Positions 50,841 to 62,026 of a stretch of DNA of 64,000 nt are shown piece by piece. Source of the stretch: Zootoca vivipara. Lineage: Eukaryota. The number at the start of each line of letters is the position of its first letter. Within the stretch, counting starts at the first letter, position 1. Below the pieces are notes generated by a model, which made no database searches, had not been told where the DNA came from, and was given only the letters and a program-made list of their open reading frames with translations. The stretch lies in assembly GCF_963506605.1 (NCBI RefSeq), contig NC_083288.1, positions 28,520,001 to 28,584,000 on the forward strand, written 5' to 3'. The position numbers were made by a program, and so were the translations under genes.

Positions 50841-52598
50841 TTCAAATAACTTTAATCAAATTTCACTTCCAATATACACCTCTTTCAGATTAAAACCATA
50901 TTCTAATATATCATTATGCCTATCTTTCATATTTTACCAACCCTCTACTATCTCCCCTTAGCCTATTATTTTTCTTTAAAAATACTCTATCTTACTCAAT
51001 CTAAAACCTATTTCTAACCCATTACCCCACTCTATCCCCTGGTTAGCAATTCCCGGATTGACAGTCCTTCATACAATCCAATTTCAGACCATGTAATCCG
51101 TCCCATTCAAAATGCCTCTTCGCTTTCAACCCACACCATCTCTAATCCACTTCAACCCACCCTCCTCTCCCCACCCCTTCTTCTGTTGTTCCAATTTCTT
51201 AGCCCCCTCCCACCTCCATCTTTTCCCTTTCTTATCCTCCCATGTGTCTTGGCTTTTGCCTGGTGTTCACCTCCCTCCTCTCACTAGAGAGGTTCGGACC
51301 TAGGACATGTCTTGATTCTTTGCTACTGCTTGATTGATTTTACCAGGAACCTGGTCCCTCTTTCTCACTGAGGGATCAGCATCCTGGATTTTTTCTTCTT
51401 TTAGAACATTCTGGTTGCAGTCAATACTTTGTGCAACTTCTCTCACAGGTTGCACTATTTCCACATTTTGTCGCTCTTCTTGTCCATCCTCTATTAGAAC
51501 TTTAATATTTTTAAATTCCAAAACCGCTGCATGTGGCTCCTGATTGTCTTTGAGAATAAGTTGTTGTAGTGTTTCAGTGAAGATCTGTGTGTTTCTTCTG
51601 TATTTCTGCAATTCTCCCAACACTTCTTGAGTTGTTCCAAAATACATTGTAACCAGTTCTTTTCCATCTTGTGATTTGATGTTTTGACTGGCCACGTTCC
51701 TTTATCTTCTCATATTACAATATGGAGCTTGGCCTGCTGTGCCAGAGACAGTGCCTTTTCCTTTTTGTCCACCAAAATCCCATCAAACTGTAATCTAATG
51801 TAGTTCCACTGTCCCAATTTTAAAATCCAATCTTTCTTTCCAATTTCACAATCATAGAAATTCAAGTCCAGCTAAAATTCACCCAATTAAATCTTTATTA
51901 TTATTATTTTTTCAAGTTCAAAAGTTCACTTAATAGGAAGCTTCCTCGACTGGTGACGTCACAATGGCGGCTAATCAGTTTCCAGTTTTCTACCCCCAGG
52001 GTACCAAAGGGCTTGTTAATACACCTTATAAGCTTTTGCGGATTTCAACAGACAATAAATTCTCATTCGCTTGGTTCCGCTGCCACAGGAAAGGGTTACA
52101 GCTTAATTTTAAAAGAAAATCAGAGTCCCGTTCCAGCTCTATGGCTGCAGGCTCAGTAGCTGCGTTGTGATTTTCTCGTGGGGGGGGGGACAACCTCCGT
52201 TTCCTCTTTAAATTCCACTCCCAAGGCCAAATTCTTTTAAAGTCTGAATCCTAAAAGTGATTACTCACATGTCCATTTTATATGTATTGGAGGTATCCGT
52301 CACTCATTTAGTCGCCAGCACAGAGCTTTGTGCCTCAGAGGTAGCGAATTGATCCATGGCTCCGTCCCGCTCTTTCTGCTCACGGCACTCCAAAAAAAAG
52401 AGCTTGTCGGGTAGTGAGCGGGGCTTTAGGGAGCTCAGCTGGGTGCCCATGTCCCCGGAAAGCTCAATCCGGGGGTTCTTCAGGAGGCTGCGGTGCTCAT
52501 GCAGCCTTCCCACCCCCACCCACCACCTCCCGTGGTGCTGGGGAAATCGGAGACCGAGAAATACCCCGCCGATTGACAATGGCGATAGACCGGAAGTT
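50500..52598 (-). mobile_element. 2.1-kb non-autonomous L1-derived (HAL1-like) retroelement
   Basis: 16-bp TSD TGGGATGAGTGAGTTA (50484 / 52599); 5' end AACTTCCGG plus GC-rich leader; A-rich tail; no RT or endonuclease motifs seen. Confidence 0.7.
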
Positions 52599-52794
52599 TG
52601 GGATGAGTGAGTTAGCATGTGGTGGATGTCTAAGTCAGACAGTTGATTCCCAACTCAGCTGGGCTGAGACCAGTATAATTCCCACCAAAAGGGGCATTCT
52701 GGGGGCATGGTGGTGACAGAGCTGGGCAATAGCATGACGTAGAAAGATGGGAAATGCAAATCAGGTTATTTTTAAAAGGCTTGTTTTCCTTCTG

Positions 52795-53004
52795 GTTACA
52801 GGTAGGTAGCCGTGTTGGTCTGGGTCGAAGTAAAATAAAAAAATTCCTTCAGTAGCACCTTAAAGACCAACTAAGTTTTTATTTTGGTATGAGCTTTCGT
52901 GTGCATGCACACTTTTTCAGATACAGTGAAATAGAAGTCCCCAGGCACTTATGTAGAGAAGGGGTGGGGATGGGGATGGGGAGGGGAGGGGGGATCACTC
53001 AGAA
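52795..53004 (-). mobile_element. Penelope terminal fragment with hammerhead motif (core G8->A)
   Basis: Nearly identical to the termini of the 23307 element; 12-bp TSD GTTTTCCTTCTG; empty paralogous site at 55027-55038. Confidence 0.88.
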
Positions 53005-53591
53005 GTTTTCCTTCTGACAGACTTGGGTTGGCAGCTGCCTTGCTGCTGAATAGAGTATCGCTCTGGCATAACTTTACACTGGGTTATCTTATGCTGGCTT
53101 GCTTTACACCAGCTTCTTGTGTAGAAGCTTGCTCTCACAGAGGATATGAGTACTTTATTATCTGTTGTTTATAATTTTATTGTAAAATGGCATATATAGT
53201 TAATGCAGTGTACAATTCAATAGGCAGAGGATGTAACAGAAGGCTTTGTAGCAGGTGTTTTTTTATATCAAAAAAGTGTTGATGTCTTATGTTTATTTTT
53301 ATATATTTTTGTTGTTGTTTCCTTTTTTGCTTTTGTTTTCTGTTTTACAAAGAAGAACTGTTGAAGTTAAAATTGTAAAATCAATAAAAAATTATTTACA
53401 GGGGGAAAAACACTGTTTTCTGTTTTACAAAAATAATTGTTGAAGTTAAAACTGTAAAATCAATAAAAATAATTTACAGGAAAACACACACACAAAAGGA
53501 GTGCGTTATTATTCTTCCTGTCACTTCAAACTGCACAGTATTGATATCTACAATACATTCTTAATTAAAGTAGCACCATCATTTTACAAAG

Positions 53592-53721
53592 GGATTATGC
53601 CTCCTTTTCCCAGAAGAGCAATTTAAGTGCAGCTCTTCTTGGAAAACTCAAGAGGTTGTTCTTGAGTTTTCCAAGAAGAGCTGCACTTAAATTGCTCTTC
53701 TGGGAAAAGGAGGCATAATCC
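53592..53721. repeat. Perfect 62-bp inverted repeat with 6-nt loop (fold-back)
   Basis: 53592-53653 is the exact reverse complement of 53660-53721; loop GGTTGT. Confidence 0.97.
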
Positions 53722-54494
53722 TCTATCTTGTCATCAATTTTAGGCACTTAGCAACATCGGTTTTCATCAAAATTGGGGAATAACCTAGATGTTTAGAAAT
53801 GACAGAAAAATTTAAAAAATGTTAAAAAGGAGGAACTTTTCACATAGAGATTTACCAAGCAAGACCTCAAGATTTACAAGGAACCAAAATAGATTTCAAA
53901 TTACCTCATGATACCACAACTTTTTAACACCCCTCAAATCAGGATTTTTAAAGATGGAAAAAATCAACACACCCTAATTTACCATGACGTTGTGAATATG
54001 CAGGTTTCCAGGTTGAAGTTCACATCTTCTCTGTTCCTTCTGAGTATTTTAACGGCAGCAAAGCATGACAGTTGTGCTAAGGTTTGTCTTAGTGTTTCAA
54101 CTATGCTAGGGATCCCGGTTAAAGTTACTAATCATAGCCTATTGGCTATACATCATGGTTAAGGAGAGACCTTAACTACAGTTCCCAGTTTGGATGATAA
54201 ACTGAAACACAATCCTTAGCTTAACTGCCATGCCACACTGTTGTTAAATAGTAGGTATGAATTCCTCTCTGGGAGCCAGCTTGGGCTTGGGTACGGGCTT
54301 CTCTGCACGCCATGGCTGCTGCCAGCCCAAGGCAGGAAAAGAGGTGCATGGGCATGGCAGTGACGGCCCACACACCTGCACACCTCTTTTCTCTGCTCCA
54401 GCTGGCAGCAGCATGGGCTGTCCTCTTTTTTGCTCTTCAATATATGGCAAACCTACCTAACAAGAATCCCATGTTTTTCATTCAATGCATGGTA

Positions 54495-54734
54495 GAGGTG
54501 GTACCTCTACTTACGAATAACTCTACTTACGAATGTTTCTACTTATGAACAGAGCTCCGTCCGCCATCTTGGATGCGGTTTAGATTTTTTTCTACTTACG
54601 AATTTTTAGGTAGGATTGCTTCGACTTACGAATTTTTCCCCCAATGCATTCCTATGGGATTCGACTTACATTTTTTCCCCGACTTACGAATGTGCGTTCG
54701 GAACGCATTAAATTCTTAAGTAGAGGTACCACTG
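54495..54734. mobile_element. Tc1/mariner(pogo)-type MITE, same family as 16574
   Basis: GTGGTACCTCTACTTACG...TAAGTAGAGGTACCACTG-TA. Confidence 0.85.
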
Positions 54735-56214
54735 TATGACAAACCTACCTAACAAGAATTCCATGTTTTTCATTAAAGGCATGCTAAGGTGATTGCTGAT
54801 GCTGTAGCAGCAGCTGCTTAAGGGGGCTTTTTTATTGATGGAGTGACATACTGATATTTGCTGGTCCTTTATTTCTGTGACGACTGGGATGGCATCAAAC
54901 AGATTAAATAGGATCAGTGTAATTCCCAACTAAAGGGGCATTCTGGGGGCATGGTGGTGACAGAGCTGGGCAATAGCATGACGTAGAAAGATGGGTAATG
55001 CAAATCATGTTATTTTAAAACGGCTTGTTTTCCTTCTGACAGGTGTGGGTTGGCAGCTGCCTTGCTCCTGAACAGAGTATGGTTCTGACGTAACTTTACA
55101 CTGGGTTAACTTATGCTGGCTTGCTTTCTACCAGCTTCTTGTGTAGAAGATTGCTCTCACAGAGGATATGAGTACTTTATTATCTGTTGTTTATCATTTT
55201 AGTGTAAAATGGCATGTATAGTCAATGTAGTGTAGAATTCAATAGGCAGTGGATGTAACAGAAGGCATTGTAGCAGGAATTTTATCATGTGATTTGTATT
55301 GTTACATTAGGAGTATATTATGCATATCATGTAGGAATCTGACATGCCTGTTCCATATTCTCTTTTACTACAGTCATTCACTATGTACTTTGCCTTCTTC
55401 CTAAAATTATGCTGTCTCTGAGCTTTCTTCTTTTTATTTTTCCCACCACTGAGGACCATGTCTTACAAAATATCCTTGTTCCTTTTTTTCGCATCCCCCC
55501 CATTCTGTCCAATCTATCCATGTATTGTTATTCCTTGCTTTTGTCTTATCAACTTATACTATTTGTGATACTTTCATGAAAAGGAAATTATTTTCTTTTC
55601 CAAGTTGTAATGAAATCTAAAAAGATTGTTATGGCAGTAAAATAAATTTTAAAAAACCTATTGTTCTGTTTTGTAATTATTATTTTATAAACTGATTTTA
55701 TTTTTTCCTAAGGAAGGACTAGCAGGGTCCAAAATGCTTATTAAACCATTTGCTGTCCACCCCACTGCTTTTGCGCCCAGTTCCTCTTATTTGGGGGTGG
55801 GGTCACATTTTTGTGCAACATTGTCTCCTAAAAGGCAGGTTGACTGTAATTTTTCTTATTCCAATGGTAGATAACAATTCAGTGACACTGATATGAAATG
55901 AGAAGCTTCTATGTTCATGCAACAGATTAAGCAAAAACCTTTTCTTCACATTGGTTAAACTTCAGCTGGATCAGAAGGAAATAATGAAGTTAGCTGAATA
56001 CCATTTGAGATGGCCAGAAATATTTATTCACTCACTCACTCACTCACTCACTCAATGTACAGGGGTGGTGCCAAGAAGTTTTCTCTGATGGAGGAATGTC
56101 TTTTATTCTTAAGAAGGTGTTTTGTCAGAAGTGCTTTACTCTGCCAAACAATTCATTGGATCTAACCCAGACATTATCATATATCACTTCATAATCAGAA
56201 ATTCTTTTTTCATT

Positions 56215-57195
56215 CTACCCAAAGCTGCTGTGGAAAGGTGTCCTTCTCCTTACAAAACTAAACAACTGACAGATAAGCTTACTCATAGCTTCCTTTATCT
56301 CTCTGTTTCTCAGGCAATATACAATGGGATTGACAATGGGGGTTAGAACTGTATAAAAGATGGAGAAGGCTTTGTTCAGGTGTTTCATTGTGTTTGTTTT
56401 CGGAAACATGTAGACCATGACAAGGGTTCCATAGAAAACTGTAACCACCATAAGATGGGATGAACAAGTGGAAAAGGCCTTTTGTCTCCCTGTGTTTGAT
56501 GGAATTCTTAGGATAGTGGAGATTATCAAACCATAGGACACCAAAATCAAAAGAAATGGGGCTAGAGCTATTAGGGAAGAGAGGAAGAAAGCCATTAATT
56601 CCATCTGTTGGGTATCACCACAGGCAAGCTTTATAACTGGGGTGAAATCACAAAAGAAATGATCAAGAATACGAGGACCACAAAATGATAGCTGAGACAT
56701 CAAATAGGTTGTTATAGTGTTAAGTAGAAAACAGCTTGCACATGATCCCATCATAAACTGTATGCACAATGTATGATTCATTAAGGCTGAATAGTGAAGA
56801 GGCTTGCAAATTGCTAAATACCGGTCGTAAGACATAGCAGCCAACAGATAACATTCTGAACCCACAAGAGAGCCAAAGAAATAATATTGTAAAAAACAGC
56901 CCCACATGGGAATTGTCCTCTCTCCAGTCAAGAAACTTGCTAGCATCCTGGGTACTATGGTTGAGCTGTAGAAGGTCTCCAGGCATGAAAGGTTTCCCAG
57001 AAAGAAGTACATGGGGGTATGGAGATGCTGGTCACACACGATAAGAACAACAATCAGAAGGTTTCCAGACATGGTCACAGTGTAGATCAGAAGAAACAAT
57101 AAAAAGAAAATTAACTGCAGTTCAGGAACATCACTGAATCCCAAGAGAATGAATTCTGCAAAGTCTGTTTTGTTCCTCCAGTTGTGGGTTTCCAT
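56215..57195 (-). CDS. Olfactory receptor (OR11A/OR6-like), ~326 aa from METHNW
   Basis: OR motifs; N-glycosylation site NKT; polypyrimidine tract and AG acceptor just upstream (57205-57204). Confidence 0.93.
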   Translation of the reverse strand: METHNWRNKTDFAEFILLGFSDVPELQLIFFLLFLLIYTVTMSGNLLIVVLIVCDQHLHTPMYFFLGNLSCLETFYSSTIVPRMLASFLTGERTIPMWGCFLQYYFFGSLVGSECYLLAAMSYDRYLAICKPLHYSALMNHTLCIQFMMGSCASCFLLNTITTYLMSQLSFCGPRILDHFFCDFTPVIKLACGDTQQMELMAFFLSSLIALAPFLLILVSYGLIISTILRIPSNTGRQKAFSTCSSHLMVVTVFYGTLVMVYMFPKTNTMKHLNKAFSIFYTVLTPIVNPIVYCLRNREIKEAMSKLICQLFSFVRRRTPFHSSFG

Positions 57196-57601
57196 TGCAT
57201 TTACTATGCATGAATAACAGAAACAGAAGTACACTTGTGAAGATAACCATATACACAGTTCTTAAAAAAATGAATCTGTTCATGGATCTTTTAATAGTTC
57301 AAAGATGGATGAAATCTGTAAGAAACATTGCAAATTAAGAGGTTAGAGGAAATAATTCCACAGGTGTTGCAAAACTGTCTCTTGAATACAGCAGTGACCC
57401 ACCAAAATGTTCTATTTGACATGGGTCTGTAACTTTGCCTCTACCTTCTTAGGGGAATGAGGTATGAAGCAGAAGATGGGCTATGTCTGCAACCTAATGT
57501 CAGCCAGACATTGCAGAGTTCAAGAGGGAGAATGTCTTCTCAAAGACAGGATATACATCCATAAAATAAACATTATCATTATCTGTCTCATATAAAGGTT
57601 A

Positions 57602-57659
<58 letters not shown>

Positions 57660-57879
57660 GGGCAAAATAATCAGTTGATCTGAGAAAGCATACCTTTGCA
57701 TGTTCATGTCTCGATGAACATGTTGAGATTGGCTTGGAAGTGTCTTCTAATGGAGGATGGTTTTATCAATTAACCTTGTTTGCTAATTTAGTTGATTGTG
57801 TGACCTTATTGGGTTCCTGCTAGTTTGGTAACTCTGTGTGAATAAAAAAATATTGCATTTTGCAGAATTTCCAAATTTA

Positions 57880-58075
57880 TGAAGCTGCCTCATACTGACT
57901 GAGACCACTGATCCATCTAGATGAATATGGTCCATTCTAGCTGGTAGCAGCTCTCTGGGGTCTCAACGGTCTTTCACAATACATGTTGCTTATTCATAAA
58001 GTAATCACAGAATGGGTGTTATGCCAAGGGTTGAAAGCGGGACTTTCTGCATGCTCTGCCACTGAGCTACATCCA
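57880..58075 (-). mobile_element. Degenerate tRNA-derived SINE (Squam3-like)
   Basis: Minus strand GATGTAGCTCAGTGGCAGAGCATG...GGACCATATT..CTAGATGGATCAGTGGTCTCAGTCAGTATGAGGCAGCTTC. Confidence 0.6.
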
Positions 58076-58231
58076 TTTTTGGGCCAATGGTAGTCAATGC
58101 TTTTGTTGCATTCAGCTTGAAAATAACATCTACACAGATTGTTATGTGGATTCCATAGGTGTACACAGAACTCAGCCCACATCATATTTATTCTGCTTTT
58201 CAACAAAGGTTGATCTCAAAGTGGCTCACAG

Positions 58232-58321
58232 CATAGCTGCCAAGTTATCCCTTTTTTAAAGGGATTTTCCCTTATGCTGAATAGGCTTCCTCATGAGAAA
58301 AGGGAAAACTTGGCAGCTATG
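58232..58321. mobile_element. 90-bp hAT MITE (second copy, opposite orientation)
   Basis: TIR CATAGCTGCCAAGTT; 8-bp TSD GCTCACAG. Confidence 0.9.
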
Positions 58322-59865
58322 GCTCACAGTAACAAGAGTGTTAAAAAATGATCACTATGATCACTATAATATAAAAAAACAATAATTTAAACAAAACAAT
58401 TCATCAAAACAATGCAGTTCAATGCAATCTCATAGTGATTCAGAATATCAAGAATAGCTGCTGAACACCAGCTCTGTGCCAGTTGGCATGCTCTCTCTTA
58501 GAAGAGGCTTCCTCATTCAACAACACACTCTCAAGCTGCAAGTTATTTCATAGTTTTTCACACTTAAAGAAAGAAACTGATTACTTCTATGGAGTGGTGG
58601 TGCAATAGGCTTCATAGAAGACCCACACTGTCTATGGTGTCTTTTACCATGTGGGATATTTAAGACAACTCCTTTCCACAGTCCCTTTGCAGGCGTGTAC
58701 TGGACTATCTCTCTCCTCATAGGGGGCATAAGCCTCACGCAAAGAGTGATAGGACTTCAGCTCTTGCCCTTTGGCTCACATCACACCTTTAAGAGCACCC
58801 AGCAAATCCTGCTTAGAGTTAACCCTGCTAAAAGTCCATACTTATCAACCTCTGTATGCACCATGAGCCTCTACATGAATGACCCATGTACCCCATTGAT
58901 GGGTAAAAACAAGTGGCTGATTTTTCAACTTTGAACACTTATTTCAATCTAGACATACAGAAGTTCTTCAGAACTAAGTGTTGAGCCAGTTCTAGTGGCT
59001 TAGTAAGCAGAACAAACTCAACGTTTGATGTAAAAAAATCTCTCGAATCGTGATTTCTAGTGAACTAGATATCACTCTCTTATTAAACCCATGGTTGTTG
59101 TTTTGCTGAAGACCAAAATTCTAAATATATACAGGTCATTTAATAAGTTCCTCATTTCTGCATTAACATACCTTACTGGAATTAATGCTCCCTTCATGTC
59201 TAAGTTAGGACACAGTTAGAGCTTCTATTGCATTTTTCATCATTTTGCCAAAGGATCGAAATTCATACTGCTTCTGAGGTGTTATTGGTGCATTTGATTG
59301 TTTTGACTGCAGCATCCTACTAGTGTTAGAAGAAAGTGCAGTGTATCCCACAGAGTATGTGGCCTTACAGATTTGCAAAAAATAAGAAAAGAAACACTCC
59401 CAGTTCATTGCTATATACTCAACTTAATTGGTACCAGTTGTGCAGGCAACTTTAACTTGAGGTGCCTAAGGAATTCATTACCTACATATTCACTAATGAA
59501 AGCTGCAATAGTGAAAAATGGATAGTCATGAAAAAAATAACTATTTTTGGTCAGTTGACAAAACTGAATTATATTGTATGGATTCATAAGAGATTCTAAA
59601 TGTGTAGTTAAGTTGCAATCCTGCACACACACTTATTTTGAAGTAAGACCCACTGAGGTTAGTAGGGCTAACTTCTAAGTAAAAATATCTAAGATGTATA
59701 TATCATTGAATTGAATTGCTTTATGACATAAAACCATTGTCTTGTTTCAAAGCAGAGATGGGGGGAAATTAATCCAGTTCACATTTAAAGGCAAACCTAT
59801 CTAATTCACACATTCTGAAAAATATGTGAATCCAAACATAGGCATCCCTGGAAATTTGTATTTGC

Positions 59866-60843
59866 GCAGTCAGGCGGAGTCCCCCCAGCCCCCCAGGGCA
59901 GCCCCGAGTGGAATAATGACACAGGACCACGTATTTATGGGATTAAAAATTGGCCACAACTTTATTAAAATTCAGATGTAGGAAGACCTTGGCACAGGCA
60001 TTGGGCGTATATCCCTCCCAGCCCCCCGCAGGGGGTGGGGTGATCTTCAGGGTTGTCCAGCATGAGTGGGGGTTGGGCTAACTCTGGAGAACATATGTTC
60101 AAGCAGATAGCCCGCCCCCCGGATCGCCGCCGCTGGAGGGGGAGGGCAATAACCAGCCAAGTGGCATCGCCAAATGCCCCCCCCTTGATGCCCGATTACG
60201 GGAACCCTGTTATCGCCGCCGCAATAGGGCGGGGGGGTCACCGCCCCCACGCCCCTCCCCTTTATGTAAATGACTAAAGGATTCCGCCCAAGGCCTGCAT
60301 CCGCCAAAGTTGTGACGAATTGCTATGGGAAAGGCGAAACCTGCCAATGCAGGGAAAGCCCTTTCCAGCCCTTTAACAGCGACCGGTCGTAGCAGCGCCT
60401 GCGTGCGTGTACGCCTGTGGAAGAAAAACCTGAAAAGCAAGAAGCCTGTGGAAGAAAACCTGAAAAGCAAGAAGCTTGTGGAAGTAAATATTTTTTATTT
60501 TTTATTTTATTTTTATTTATTTTATTTTTCTATGGACCTGTAAAGCAAGCAAAAGGTTAGGGAGTGGAGGGTGGGAAAGCTCTGAATCCGTCGGCTGCTT
60601 CCCAAGAATGGCTCCTCTTCTTTGTGTGCAGGTAAGCCTACCTGATCCTACCTGGCCAATCCCCCTGGCACCCCCCCCCCTTCGGCCGGATTGGTCGGCT
60701 GATGGAGTGGGCGGTGACTCCAGCCTCCAGCCTCAGGTAGGCAGTGCCAGCCTCCAAACTTCCAGGTCTGCCCTAGGGTTCCCAAGGGGGGCTGCGCGCG
60801 ACTGCGCAAAATGCGCCTCCCTTTTATGTTGGGGAAGCGGTCA
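59866..60843 (-). mobile_element. ~1-kb GC-rich repeat (possible DIRS/Ngaro non-autonomous element)
   Basis: Shares ~390 bp with 26731-27125 and a motif with ~755-850; AATAAAGTTGTGGCC on minus strand; interrupts an older repeat without a visible TSD. Confidence 0.5.
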
Positions 60844-61886
60844 TTCTTCAAATTTTGCAATGGAGCTCCTGACCAAGTAGTGTGCTTAAAAATGCATATA
60901 CTGGGATAAAGTGTGCAAAGAAATGCACACGTGAGTGAAACTAGCATACACCAGTCCTCTCTTTCCCTCCAAGTTCTCCTCCTTCCAGCACATGTGGAAT
61001 TGGATCATTCTGCTTAACATCAGTTAAGTGAGAGGTTCTGATCCTGCATGGTGCTGTTTCTTCATGAGTGACTCATTCATGAACGAGCTGCTCACAGGAA
61101 AGAAGCTAACTAGGTGGGAGAATCGGACCTGGCAACCATCCTTTCCCGTCTAGTTTTTTTTTTGTTGTTGTTGTTATGTTTTTAGCATTTTAGCACTGCT
61201 CCATGAATTGCTTCAGGGATGAATCCAGGGTATGGTAGGTAGCCACCGGGGTAGCACAGAGAAAATAGGCCCAATCTGGGGGATACAGATCAGGCCTACT
61301 TAGTACTAAATGGTTTGAGAGCACAGTAAATGGTTTGAGAGCCTACTCTGGAATGACTCTCTTAATGTTTGAATTCTGTTTCGGTTTTATTCAAGTGAAG
61401 TAATTGAGTTGAACAAGTGGGTGGATATGATGGTTCATTGTAAGATAATTCACAACATAAGACATATGCACTGCCTACCCCCCACCCCAGAATAAAGACT
61501 TGCACACAGGAAAGTTGGACTAAAGGGTCAAACTTTATTAACAGAACAAAAGCATTTGCAGCTGGGTTCTAAACACATGTGGGGTGAATTTTGGCATACA
61601 GCAAGGGAATGCCAATAGCCTTTGGACAACAGCATCCCAATAAAAGCCCAAACCCTAGCTTTAGAACTAGAAGAGGTTCCTATTGCCACCTAGCACATTT
61701 GTGAGCTGACAGGAAACCTGTTTCCTCACACTGTCCAACATTCAGCTGGGTGGACCTCCAAGTTTCAGGATCTTCAGACCAAGTGGCAAGTCACTGTAAC
61801 CAGCTGGCAATGTGAGGTGGTTGGTGCCTCAGGCAGCTTACATTATGAGCATGAGCTAGGTGCTATATTCTGGAAGATATGCACTA

Positions 61887-62026
61887 CATAGAATCATAGA
61901 ACCATAGAATTGTAGAGTTGGAAGGGACCCTGAGGATCATCTAGTCCAGCTCCCTGCAATGCAGGAATCCTGACCACAGCCATCCCTGGCTGGCTTGAAC
62001 CACAGATGCACTGGCCCATTGTGCCA
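61887..62026 (-). mobile_element. tRNA-Asn-like headed SINE with CR1-type tail
   Basis: Minus strand TGGCACAATGGGCCAGTGCA..GGTTCAAGCCAGCCAGGGATG...CCTGCATTGCAGGGAGCTGGACTAGATGATCCTC...(TTCTATG)n. Confidence 0.65.

Larger units (their letters stand above)
53256..55277 (+). pseudogene. Tandem duplicate of the OR paralog C unit with the coding exon deleted ('ghost' OR locus)
   Basis: ~53277-53663 matches ~46177-46487; 53977-54914 matches 49425-50065; 54915-55277 matches 52671-53255; the 46488-49424 equivalent, including the CDS, is absent. Confidence 0.85.

Noticed and set aside
60415-60484. ~30-bp direct repeats as a CRISPR-like array
   Set aside because: No spacers, eukaryotic context; simple tandem repeat within a TE.
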